Part shown: piece after piece, positions 28,901 through 40,342 of the stretch | Numbering within the stretch: the stretch's first letter is position 1 | Layout of the letters: each line of letters opens with the position of its first letter | Source of the DNA: Macrostomum lignano | Lineage: Eukaryota | Direction of reading: 5' to 3' | Assembly (NCBI GenBank): GCA_002269645.1 | Contig: NIVC01004016.1 | Coordinates: forward strand, 291-64,290 | Length of the DNA: 64,000 bases | Program-made: the position numbers and the translations under genes | Notes under the pieces: generated by a model | Database searches by the model: none | What the model saw: only the letters and a program-made list of their open reading frames with translations | What the model was told of the DNA's origin: nothing

Positions 28901-31900
28901 AGTATCTACGGCGCTAAAAGGAATGCCTGCGGCGCTAAAATGAGTATCTACGGCGCTAAAAGGAATGCCTGCGGCGCTAAAATGAGTATCTACGGCGCTA
29001 AAAGGAATGCCTGCGGCGCTAAAATGAGTATCTACGGCGCTAAAAGGAATGCCTGCGGCGCTAAAATGAGTATCTACGGCGCTAAAAGGAATGCCTGCGG
29101 CGCTAAAATGAGTATCTACGGCGCTAAAAGGAATGCCTGCGGCGCTAAAATGAGTATCTACGGCGCTAAAAGGAATGCCTGCGGCGCTAAAATGAGTATC
29201 TACGGCGCTAAAAGGAATGCCTGCGGCGCTAAAATGAGTATCTACGGCGCTAAAAGGAATGCCTGCGGCGCTAAAATGAGTATCTACGGCGCTAAAAGGA
29301 ATGCCTGCGGCGCTAAAATGAGTATCTACGGCGCTAAAAGGAATGCCTGCGGCGCTAAAATGAGTATCTACGGCGCTAAAAGGAATGCCTGCGGCGCTAA
29401 AATGAGTATCTACGGCGCTAAAATGGTATCTACGGCGCTAAAAGGAATGCCTGCGGCGCTAAAATGAGTATCTACGGCGCTAAAAGGAATGCCTGCGGCG
29501 CTAAAATGAGTATCTACGGCGCTAAAAGGAATGCCTGCGGCGCTAAAATGAGTATCTACGGCGCTAAAAGGAATGCCTGCGGCGCTAAAATGAGTATCTA
29601 CGGCGCTAAAAGGAATGCCTGCGGCGCTAAAATGAGTATCTACGGCGCTAAAAGGAATGCCTGCGGCGCTAAAATGAGTATCTACGGCGCTAAAAGGAAT
29701 GCCTGCGGCGCTAAAATGAGTATCTACGGCGCTAAAAGGAATGCCTGCGGCGCTAAAATGAGTATCTACGGCGCTAAAAGGAATGCCTGCGGCGCTAAAA
29801 TGAGTATCTACGGCGCTAAAAGGAATGCCTGCGGCGCTAAAATGAGTATCTACGGCGCTAAAAGGAATGCCTGCGGCGCTAAAATGAGTATCTACGGCGC
29901 TAAAAGGAATGCCTGCGGCGCTAAAATGAGTATCTACGGCGCTAAAAGGAATGCCTGCGGCGCTAAAATGAGTATCTACGGCGCTAAAAGGAATGCCTGC
30001 GGCGCTAAAATGAGTATCTACGGCGCTAAAAGGAATGCCTGCGGCGCTAAAATGAGTATCTACGGCGCTAAAAGGAATGCCTGCGGCGCTAAAATGAGTA
30101 TCTACGGCGCTAAAAGGAATGCCTGCGGCGCTAAAATGAGTATCTACGGCGCTAAAAGGAATGCCTGCGGCGCTAAAATGAGTATCTACGGCGCTAAAAG
30201 GAATGCCTGCGGCGCTAAAATGAGTATCTACGGCGCTAAAAGGAATGCCTGCGGCGCTAAAATGAGTATCTACGGCGCTAAAAGGAATGCCTGCGGCGCT
30301 AAAATGAGTATCTACGGCGCTAAAAGGAATGCCTGCGGCGCTAAAATGAGTATCTACGGCGCTAAAAGGAATGCCTGCGGCGCTAAAATGAGTATCTACG
30401 GCGCTAAAAGGAATGCCTGCGGCGCTAAAATGAGTATCTACGGCGCTAAAAGGAATGCCTGCGGCGCTAAAATGAGTATCTACGGCGCTAAAAGGAATGC
30501 CTGCGGCGCTAAAATGAGTATCTACGGCGCTAAAAGGAATGCCTGCGGCGCTAAAATGAGTATCTACGGCGCTAAAAGGAATGCCTGCGGCGCTAAAATG
30601 AGTATCTACGGCGCTAAAAGGAATGCCTGCGGCGCTAAAATGAGTATCTACGGCGCTAAAAGGAATGCCTGCGGCGCTAAAATGAGTATCTACGGCGCTA
30701 AAAGGAATGCCTGCGGCGCTAAAATGAGTATCTACGGCGCTAAAAGGAATGCCTGCGGCGCTAAAATGAGTATCTACGGCGCTAAAAGGAATGCCTGCGG
30801 CGCTAAAATGAGTATCTACGGCGCTAAAAGGAATGCCTGCGGCGCTAAAATGAGTATCTACGGCGCTAAAAGGAATGCCTGCGGCGCTAAAATGAGTATC
30901 TACGGCGCTAAAAGGAATGCCTGCGGCGCTAAAATGAGTATCTACGGCGCTAAAAGGAATGCCTGCGGCGCTAAAATGAGTATCTACGGCGCTAAAAGGA
31001 ATGCCTGCGGCGCTAAAATGAGTATCTACGGCGCTAAAAGGAATGCCTGCGGCGCTAAAATGAGTATCTACGGCGCTAAAAGGAATGCCTGCGGCGCTAA
31101 AATGAGTATCTACGGCGCTAAAAGGAATGCCTGCGGCGCTAAAATGAGTATCTACGGCGCTAAAAGGAATGCCTGCGGCGCTAAAATGAGTATCTACGGC
31201 GCTAAAAGGAATGCCTGCGGCGCTAAAATGAGTATCTACGGCGCTAAAAGGAATGCCTGCGGCGCTAAAATGAGTATCTACGGCGCTAAAAGGAATGCCT
31301 GCGGCGCTAAAATGAGTATCTACGGCGCTAAAAGGAATGCCTGCGGCGCTAAAATGAGTATCTACGGCGCTAAAAGGAATGCCTGCGGCGCTAAAATGAG
31401 TATCTACGGCGCTAAAAGGAATGCCTGCGGCGCTAAAATGAGTATCTACGGCGCTAAAAGGAATGCCTGCGGCGCTAAAATGAGTATCTACGGCGCTAAA
31501 AGGAATGCCTGCGGCGCTAAAATGAGTATCTACGGCGCTAAAAGGAATGCCTGCGGCGCTAAAATGAGTATCTACGGCGCTAAAAGGAATGCCTGCGGCG
31601 CTAAAATGAGTATCTACGGCGCTAAAAGGAATGCCTGCGGCGCTAAAATGAGTATCTACGGCGCTAAAAGGAATGCCTGCGGCGCTAAAATGAGTATCTA
31701 CGGCGCTAAAAGGAATGCCTGCGGCGCTAAAATGAGTATCTACGGCGCTAAAAGGAATGCCTGCGGCGCTAAAATGAGTATCTACGGCGCTAAAAGGAAT
31801 GCCTGCGGCGCTAAAATGAGTATCTACGGCGCTAAAAGGAATGCCTGCGGCGCTAAAATGAGTATCTACGGCGCGCTAAAAGGAATGCCTGCGGCGCTAA

Positions 31901-34900
31901 AATGAGTATCTACGGCGCTAAAAGGAATGCCTGCGGCGCTAAAATGAGTATCTACGGCGCTAAAAGGAATGCCTGCGGCGCTAAAATGAGTATCTACGGC
32001 GCTAAAAGGAATGCCTGCGGCGCTAAAATGAGTATCTACGGCGCTAAAAGGAATGCCTGCGGCGCTAAAATGAGTATCTACGGCGCTAAAAGGAATGCCT
32101 GCGGCGCTAAAATGAGTATCTACGGCGCTAAAAGGAATGCCTGCGGCGCTAAAATGAGTATCTACGGCGCTAAAAGGAATGCCTGCGGCGCTAAAATGAG
32201 TATCTACGGCGCTAAAAGGAATGCCTGCGGCGCTAAAATGAGTATCTACGGCGCTAAAAGGAATGCCTGCGGCGCTAAAATGAGTATCTACGGCGCTAAA
32301 AGGAATGCCTGCGGCGCTAAAATGAGTATCTACGGCGCTAAAAGGAATGCCTGCGGCGCTAAAATGAGTATCTACGGCGCTAAAAGGAATGCCTGCGGCG
32401 CTAAAATGAGTATCTACGGCGCTAAAAGGAATGCCTGCGGCGCTAAAATGAGTATCTACGGCGCTAAAAGGAATGCCTGCGGCGCTAAAATGAGTATCTA
32501 CGGCGCTAAAAGGAATGCCTGCGGCGCTAAAATGAGTATCTACGGCGCTAAAAGGAATGCCTGCGGCGCTAAAATGAGTATCTACGGCGCTAAAAGGAAT
32601 GCCTGCGGCGCTAAAATGAGTATCTACGGCGCTAAAAGGAATGCCTGCGGCGCTAAAATGAGTATCTACGGCGCTAAAAGGAATGCCTGCGGCGCTAAAA
32701 TGAGTATCTACGGCGCTAAAAGGAATGCCTGCGGCGCTAAAATGAGTATCTACGGCGCTAAAAGGAACGGCGCTAAAAGCCTGCGGCGCTAAAATGAGTA
32801 TCTACGGCGCTAAAAGGAATGCCTGCGGCGCTAAAATGAGTATCTACGGCGCTAAAAGGAATGCCTGCGGCGCTAAAATGAGTATCTACGGCGCTAAAAG
32901 GAATGCCTGCGGCGCTAAAATGAGTATCTACGGCGCTAAAAGGAATGCCTGCGGCGCTAAAATGAGTATCTACGGCGCTAAAAGGAATGCCTGCGGCGCT
33001 AAAATGAGTATCTACGGCGCTAAAAGGAATGCCTGCGGCGCTAAAATGAGTATCTACGGCGCTAAAAGGAATGCCTGCGGCGCTAAAATGAGTATCTACG
33101 GCGCTAAAAGGAATGCCTGCGGCGCTAAAATGAGTATCTACGGCGCTAAAAGGAATGCCTGCGGCGCTAAAATGAGTATCTACGGCGCTAAAAGGAATGC
33201 CTGCGGCGCTAAAATGAGTATCTACGGCGCTAAAAGGAATGCCTGCGGCGCTAAAATGAGTATCTACGGCGCTAAAAGGAATGCCTGCGGCGCTAAAATG
33301 AGTATCTACGGCGCTAAAAGGAATGCCTGCGGCGCTAAAATGAGTATCTACGGCGCTAAAAGGAATGCCTGCGGCGCTAAAATGAGTATCTACGGCGCTA
33401 AAAGGAATGCCTGCGGCGCTAAAATGAGTATCTACGGCGCTAAAAGGAATGCCTGCGGCGCTAAAATGAGTATCTACGGCGCTAAAAGGAATGCCTGCGG
33501 CGCTAAAATGAGTATCTACGGCGCTAAAAGGAATGCCTGCGGCGCTAAAATGAGTATCTACGGCGCTAAAAGGAATGCCTGCGGCGCTAAAATGAGTATC
33601 TACGGCGCTAAAAGGAATGCCTGCGGCGCTAAAATGAGTATCTACGGCGCTAAAAGGAATGCCTGCGGCGCTAAAATGAGTATCTACGGCGCTAAAAGGA
33701 ATGCCTGCGGCGCTAAAATGAGTATCTACGGCGCTAAAAGGAATGCCTGCGGCGCTAAAATGAGTATCTACGGCGCTAAAAGGAATGCCTGCGGCGCTAA
33801 AATGAGTATCTACGGCGCTAAAAGGAATGCCTGCGGCGCTAAAATGAGTATCTACGGCGCTAAAAGGAATGCCTGCGGCGCTAAAATGAGTATCTACGGC
33901 GCTAAAAGGAATGCCTGCGGCGCTAAAATGAGTATCTACGGCGCTAAAAGGAATGCCTGCGGCGCTAAAATGAGTATCTACGGCGCTAAAAGGAATGCCT
34001 GCGGCGCTAAAATGAGTATCTACGGCGCTAAAAGGAATGCCTGCGGCGCTAAAATGAGTATCTACGGCGCTAAAAGGAATGCCTGCGGCGCTAAAATGAG
34101 TATCTACGGCGCTAAAATGCTACGGCGCTAAAAGGAATGCCTGCGGCGCTAAAATGAGTATCTACGGCGCTAAAAGGAATGCCTGCGGCGCTAAAATGAG
34201 TATCTACGGCGCTAAAAGGAATGCCTGCGGCGCTAAAATGAGTATCTACGGCGCTAAAAGGAATGCCTGCGGCGCTAAAATGAGTATCTACGGCGCTAAA
34301 AGGAATGCCTGCGGCGCTAAAATGAGTATCTACGGCGCTAAAAGGAATGCCTGCGGCGCTAAAATGAGTATCTACGGCGCTAAAAGGAATGCCTGCGGCG
34401 CTAAAATGAGTATCTACGGCGCTAAAAGGAATGCCTGCGGCGCTAAAATGAGTATCTACGGCGCTAAAATGAGTATCTACGGCGCTAAAAGGAATGCCTG
34501 CGGCGCTAAAATGAGTATCTACGGCGCTAAAAGGAATGCCTGCGGCGCTAAAATGAGTATCTACGGCGCTAAAAGGAATGCCTGCGGCGCTAAAATGAGT
34601 ATCTACGGCGCTAAAAGGAATGCCTGCGGCGCTAAAATGAGTATCTACGGCGCTAAAAGGAATGCCTGCGGCGCTAAAATGAGTATCTACGGCGCTAAAA
34701 GGAATGCCTGCGGCGCTAAAATGAGTATCTACGGCGCTAAAAGGAATGCCTGCGGCGCTAAAATGAGTATCTACGGCGCTAAAAGGAATGCCTGCGGCGC
34801 TAAAATGAGTATCTACGGCGCTAAAAGGAATGCCTGCGGCGCTAAAATGAGTATCTACGGCGCTAAAAGGAATGCCTGCGGCGCTAAAATGAGTATCTAC

Positions 34901-36063
34901 GGCGCTAAAAGGAATGCCTGCGGCGCTAAAATGAGTATCTACGGCGCTAAAAGGAATGCCTGCGGCGCTAAAATGAGTATCTACGGCGCTAAAAGGAATG
35001 CCTGCGGCGCTAAAATGAGTATCTACGGCGCTAAAAGGAATGCCTGCGGCGCTAAAATGAGTATCTACGGCGCTAAAAGGAATGCCTGCGGCGCTAAAAT
35101 GAGTATCTACGGCGCTAAAAGGAATGCCTGCGGCGCTAAAATGAGTATCTACGGCGCTAAAAGGAATGCCTGCGGCGCTAAAATGAGTATCTACGGCGCT
35201 AAAAGGAATGCCTGCGGCGCTAAAATGAGTATCTACGGCGCTAAAAGGAATGCCTGCGGCGCTAAAATGAGTATCTACGGCGCTAAAAGGAATGCCTGCG
35301 GCGCTAAAATGAGTATCTACGGCGCTAAAAGGAATGCCTGCGGCGCTAAAATGAGTATCTACGGCGCTAAAAGAGTATCTACGGCGCTAAAAGGAATGCC
35401 TGCGGCGCTAAAATGAGTATCTACGGCGCTAAAAGGAATGCCTGCGGCGCTAAAATGAGTATCTACGGCGCTAAAAGGAATGCCTGCGGCGCTAAAATGA
35501 GTATCTACGGCGCTAAAAGGAATGCCTGCGGCGCTAAAATGAGTATCTACGGCGCTAAAAGGAATGCCTGCGGCGCTAAAATGAGTATCTACGGCGCTAA
35601 AAGGAATGCCTGCGGCGCTAAAATGAGTATCTACGGCGCTAAAAGGAATGCCTGCGGCGCTAAAATGAGTATCTACGGCGCTAAAAGGAATGCCTGCGGC
35701 GCTAAAATGAGTATCTACGGCGCTAAAAGGAATGCCTGCGGCGCTAAAATGAGTATCTACGGCGCTAAAAGGAATGCCTGCGGCGCTAAAATGAGTATCT
35801 ACGGCGCTAAAAGGAATGCCTGCGGCGCTAAAATGAGTATCTACGGCGCTAAAAGGAATGCCTGCGGCGCTAAAATGAGTATCTACGGCGCTAAAAGGCG
35901 CTAAAAGAGTATCGGCGCTAAAAGAATGCCTGCAGCGGCGCCAAAATGAGCGCTGACAACACGCTTCTTAAAATAATGGAAATGTAGGAATTTAGTCATG
36001 TACATGTTGAATTATTTGCTTTGTGCCCCCCCCTCACCATATAAAATCCATGGCGACTCCCTG
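1971..36063. mobile_element. Non-autonomous TIR element (MITE-like) containing the 34-kb satellite
   Basis: Left end CAAGCGCGTCGCCA (1971-1984); right end TGGCGACTCCCTG (36051-36063, reverse complement CAGGGAGTCGCCA). AT on both sides (1969-1970, 36064-36065). G-run after the left TIR and C-run before the right TIR. Only about 110 bp of unique sequence on each side of the array. Superfamily not assignable. Confidence 0.65.
2083..35956 (+). repeat. Satellite array, 42-bp unit ATGAGTATCTACGGCGCTAAAAGGAATGCCTGCGGCGCTAAA, about 800 head-to-tail copies
   Basis: Read directly. Unit = subunit A ATGAGTATCTACGGCGCTAAA + subunit B AGGAATGCCTGCGGCGCTAAA (16/21 identical). Single orientation throughout, with degenerate copies at both edges. 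Confidence 0.99.
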
Positions 36064-36102
36064 ATCATATACATCTTATCTACATGTATCTATTGATGTA
36101 CA

Positions 36103-36828
36103 TGTAACCCGTGCGACTATTAGGCTCTGGCCGAACACCCCTGCTTCCTCGAACTACGAGTTTCTTCCCTTAGTTCATAGTGGTTGCTTGTGGTGTGGCT
36201 GAGTGGCAAAGGTCCCTCGAACCAAACTAGCTCGTAGAGGCTCCGGGGTGTTTTATATAGGTACACGCCAAAGGCGTGGGCGCCTCCAGCCTTCTGCGTA
36301 GAAGTAAGTGGCACCGGGACCTTTCACTAATGAGACTGAGCTCCCAGCCTGTACGGGCAACGAATTAAGGGACTCTATGCGAAGTATCAATAAAGTAGTC
36401 TAGACTAATGCCAAAACGAGGATTATTTTCGACCCTGGAGCGCGGTATCCCAAGGGCTTTACTATTTCCTAATTCCCCGCGTCTCGTTATGCGTTCTGAG
36501 ATGTGACAGCGATAAGACTGTGATTTCTCTTCAACTAGCGCTTGTATGCGCTATTTCGATTAAGTACACTACGTGGTATCCAGACTCCATAGTGATGCAC
36601 GCGTGGTCTCGGAGCTTATATGTACTTTTTTTAGTCGGGCATACTGTATTGGTGGTAAATTTGCTAATTATACATTACCTGAACTTCAGTTTCTCCGATC
36701 TATATCTGCAGCACATCACTTTACTCTCGCAGCTTAACCTTAAGGCAGTGGCAGCTTACGACTGGACATCAATTTGACTAACTAAAAGCAATTGGCCAAG
36801 AAGTTTAGCTCCCGCAATAATTAATCAT
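36103..36828. mobile_element. Possible LTR-like or other repeat fragment running into the gap
   Basis: Begins with TGTAAC. TATA-like TTTTATATAGG near 36251 and AATAAA near 36390. No PBS, PPT or TSD confirmed. Confidence 0.25.
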
Positions 36829-37520
36829 NNNNNNNNNNNNNNNNNNNNNNNNNNNNNNNNNNNNNNNNNNNNNNNNNNNNNNNNNNNNNNNNNNNNNNNN
36901 NNNNNNNNNNNNNNNNNNNNNNNNNNNNNNNNNNNNNNNNNNNNNNNNNNNNNNNNNNNNNNNNNNNNNNNNNNNNNNNNNNNNNNNNNNNNNNNNNNNN
37001 NNNNNNNNNNNNNNNNNNNNNNNNNNNNNNNNNNNNNNNNNNNNNNNNNNNNNNNNNNNNNNNNNNNNNNNNNNNNNNNNNNNNNNNNNNNNNNNNNNNN
37101 NNNNNNNNNNNNNNNNNNNNNNNNNNNNNNNNNNNNNNNNNNNNNNNNNNNNNNNNNNNNNNNNNNNNNNNNNNNNNNNNNNNNNNNNNNNNNNNNNNNN
37201 NNNNNNNNNNNNNNNNNNNNNNNNNNNNNNNNNNNNNNNNNNNNNNNNNNNNNNNNNNNNNNNNNNNNNNNNNNNNNNNNNNNNNNNNNNNNNNNNNNNN
37301 NNNNNNNNNNNNNNNNNNNNNNNNNNNNNNNNNNNNNNNNNNNNNNNNNNNNNNNNNNNNNNNNNNNNNNNNNNNNNNNNNNNNNNNNNNNNNNNNNNNN
37401 NNNNNNNNNNNNNNNNNNNNNNNNNNNNNNNNNNNNNNNNNNNNNNNNNNNNNNNNNNNNNNNNNNNNNNNNNNNNNNNNNNNNNNNNNNNNNNNNNNNN
37501 NNNNNNNNNNNNNNNNNNNN
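36829..37520. other. Assembly gap (692 N)
   Basis: Run of N. Confidence 1.
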
Positions 37521-37796
37521 TCGCCTGTTTGCACTGTGCAGTATTGGAAATTGCTAGTCATATGCAGGTAGTTTAGTTTGAAATTCTAGGAGAGGGATGA
37601 CAAAACTGTGTAGTTAAAACTGAAATGTCAATAGATAATTTCAATTTTTTGTATGCGCATAGTCAGCAAATATCAATAAATTCAGTTGATCACGAAGCTA
37701 CAGAGTGCTGAGAACGTCGGTTTTAAAAATCGATTTTTCGAGTTATTTTCTGCTACTGCATTATCCCCAGACTTTGCTAGTCACTTAATTAGCCAA

Positions 37797-38244
37797 TTAG
37801 TTAATCACCCAGTCAATCAGTTGGTCACCCAGTCAATCAGTTGGTCACCCAGTCAATCAGTTGGTCACCCAGTCAATCAGTTGGTCACCCAGTCAATCAG
37901 TTGGTCACCCAGTCAATCAGTTGGTCACCCAGTCAAACAGTTGGTCACCCAGTCAAACAGTTGGTCACCCAGTCAATCAGTTGGTCACCCAGTCAATCTG
38001 TTGGTCACCCAGTCAAACAGTTGGTCACCCAGTCAAACAGTTGGTCACCCAGTCAAACAGTTGGTCACCCAGTCAATCTGTTGGTCACCCAGTCAATCAG
38101 TTGGTCACCCAATCAGTTGGTCACCCAGTCAATCAGTTGGTCACCCAGTCAATCAGTTGGTCACCCAGTCAATCAGTCGGTCACCCAGTCAATCAGTTGG
38201 TCACCCAGTCAATCAGTCGGTCACCCAGTCAATCAGTTGGTCAC
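37797..38244. repeat. 20-bp minisatellite (TTGGTCACCCAGTCAATCAG)n, about 22 copies
   Basis: Direct tandem repeat with AAAC/AATC and CTG/CAG variants and one shortened unit near 38101. Confidence 0.97.
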
Positions 38245-38530
38245 TGCTATTCCGGGTATGTATGACAGTTTTCTGATAAGAATTCATATCTCGTAGGCAT
38301 GCACAGCACAAGCGTATAAAGAAAATGGTTTATAAAATATCTTTGCCAATTCTAAGCAATGAAGCCAGTTAGTGGCAGAGAAAAGGCCAACAATGTCTCA
38401 GGTCTAAGTAGGAAACTCAAAATGTATTTCTAGTAATTTGAATGAAAATCAATGCATGCTAAAAACCGTGGTCGACATGATAATGTTGACTGTCATATAC
38501 AAAGTAGACTTAATATTTTACAACCCATTT

Positions 38531-39214
38531 GGGACTCTGAATGGAGGGGCACTCTGAACGGAGGGGCACTCTGAGTGGAGGGGCACTCTGAACGGAGGGG
38601 TACTCTGAACGGAGGGGCACTCTGAACGGAGGGCCACTCTGAGTGGAGGGGCACTCTGAACGGAGGGGCACTCTGAGTGGAGGGGCACTCTGAACGGAGG
38701 GGCACTCTGAGTAGAGGGGCACTCTGAACGGAGGGGCACTCTGAGTGGAGGGGCACTTTGAATTAAGGGGCACTCTGAGAGAAGGGGCACTCTGGAAGGA
38801 GAAGCACCCGGGAATGATGGGCACTCTGGAAGGAGGGGAACTCGTGAAGAAGGGGCACTCGGGAAAGAGGGGCACTCGGAAAGAAGGGGCACTCGGGAAG
38901 GAGGGGCACTCGGGAAGGAGGGGAACTCATGAAGAAGGGGCACTCGGGAAAGAGGGGCACTCGGGAAGAAGGGGCACTCGGGAAGGAGGGGCACTCGGGA
39001 AGGAGGGGAGCTCATGAAGAAGGGGCACTCGGGAAAGAGGGCACTCGGGAAGGAGGGGCACTCGGGAAGGAGGGGAACTCATGAAGAAGGGGCACTCGGG
39101 AAGGAGGGGAGCTCATGAAGAAGGGGCACTCGGGAAAGAGGGCACTCGGGAAGGAGGGGCACTCGGGAAGGAGGGGAACTCATGAAGAAGGGGCACTCGG
39201 GAAGGAGGGGCACT
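38531..39214. repeat. Purine-rich 17-20-bp minisatellite (GAGGGGCACTCTGAACG grading into GAGGGGCACTCGGGAAG)
   Basis: Direct tandem repeat with conserved AGGGGCACTC core. Confidence 0.95.
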
Positions 39215-39313
39215 ATCTGAAGAGTGGCACTATCAAGTTCGGCACACGAATATACCACCTGAAAAGATGGCTAAGAGGCAATACCATTAGACTAGTGCTA
39301 CTGCTAGACACCG

Positions 39314-39953
39314 CTACCGTGGCTGTGCGGACCGGGCAGTCCTTAGCCGGCGCAGCTCTTCAAAGGTGACCCAGGACACGGCGCCGAAACCCAATCTACG
39401 CAGCAGCCTGGGTGCCAGGCCCCTCGTCAGGCCGGCGGCGAGCGAGCCCTCGCTATCCCGGATTCGCTGCAGCAGATCCGCCAGGCGCAGACGGCCGCCA
39501 GCAGCCAGCAGCTGTTGGTGAGTTTTCACAACATCTGCCGGATGGGTGGCCAGCGTGGCAATCAGGGAGCCGCAGGCGGACGCAAAGCAGAGCCGGGCAA
39601 GGCGGTACTTGAAGTTGGCATTATTTTCTAGGAATATGGGCAGGTGAATTAATAAGCTATTGGTCTCGGAGTACACAGCAAAGTAGATGCTAGAATAGGG
39701 CACATCTCTGGCTAGGGTTGCCGCCAAGCCTCTGTAGAAGGCAGCGGGGCCGCCGCCAGCGCGCCAGAGCCAGCCGGCTGCGCTGAACAGGCCGGGCGGG
39801 CACCGGCCGCCAGCCTCGATGTTGGTCTTCAGTGTCACCAGCGGCTGCAGAGCGACAGCCGTGGCGGATCTGGCGGCGGCGGCGACGCCGGCCGCTTTAG
39901 CGAGGCCGCCGATTGATGCGTCGTCGCGACTTGTCGACAGTCTGTCGTGCAGG
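39314..39953 (-). CDS. SLC25A38: Mitochondrial glycine carrier (SLC25A38/Hem25-like), coding exon 2
   Basis: Acceptor TTTTAAC...CCTGCAG at 39954; the phase-2 join gives AAVN-S-LHDRL (human TLYSLKQ). Family motifs QPLVTLKT, RDVPYSSIY, HPADVVKT, PRLLRR and SWVTFEE. TAG stop at 39316-39314. Confidence 0.9.
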
Positions 39954-40342
39954 CTGCAGGCGGCGATGTTGTTAAAAGTTTCCGCATCATCAAAAAATCG
40001 TTGCGATGCATTCGACTACTTATAGTAGAAATATTCGATTTTTTGTTTACGATTTAACTGCCTAACTGTTTCAAATTACTCGCATACTTTTCGGCGAGCC
40101 AGTTGGATAAATTCGACTGCTCCCTGCTCGGGTTTCCCTAAGTCAACTGAGCTACATGGGGTCCACCAAAACTAGATAGATGATAGATGATCCGCTTGTG
40201 ATTGAATCGGTACATCACAATACATGTATTTTGTACAATTATGAGCCTATTTGCACCATGCAAGTTCAAACGATAAGAAATTACCAGAAGTCACTAGCCG
40301 CCACAAGCTAATAGTAATTTCAAAATAATAAATAAAAATATT

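Noticed and set aside
2278-35904. Giant ORFs of (MSIYGAKRNACGAK)n as real proteins
   Set aside because: A 42-bp unit without a stop in one frame is open automatically (one minus-strand frame, FSAVDTHFSAAGIP, is also open). Variants break the frame freely and there is no unique N- or C-terminal domain.
2083-35956. CRISPR-like repeat-spacer pattern (constant CGGCGCTAAA with intervening 11-mers)
   Set aside because: Only two alternating 'spacers', far too short, no cas genes, eukaryotic context.
36821-37561. 246-aa ORF
   Set aside because: Spans the N gap.
37686-39369. Overlapping repetitive ORFs (VTQSISWSPSQ, RVPLRSEC, KEGHSG types)
   Set aside because: Translations of minisatellites that are open in several frames.
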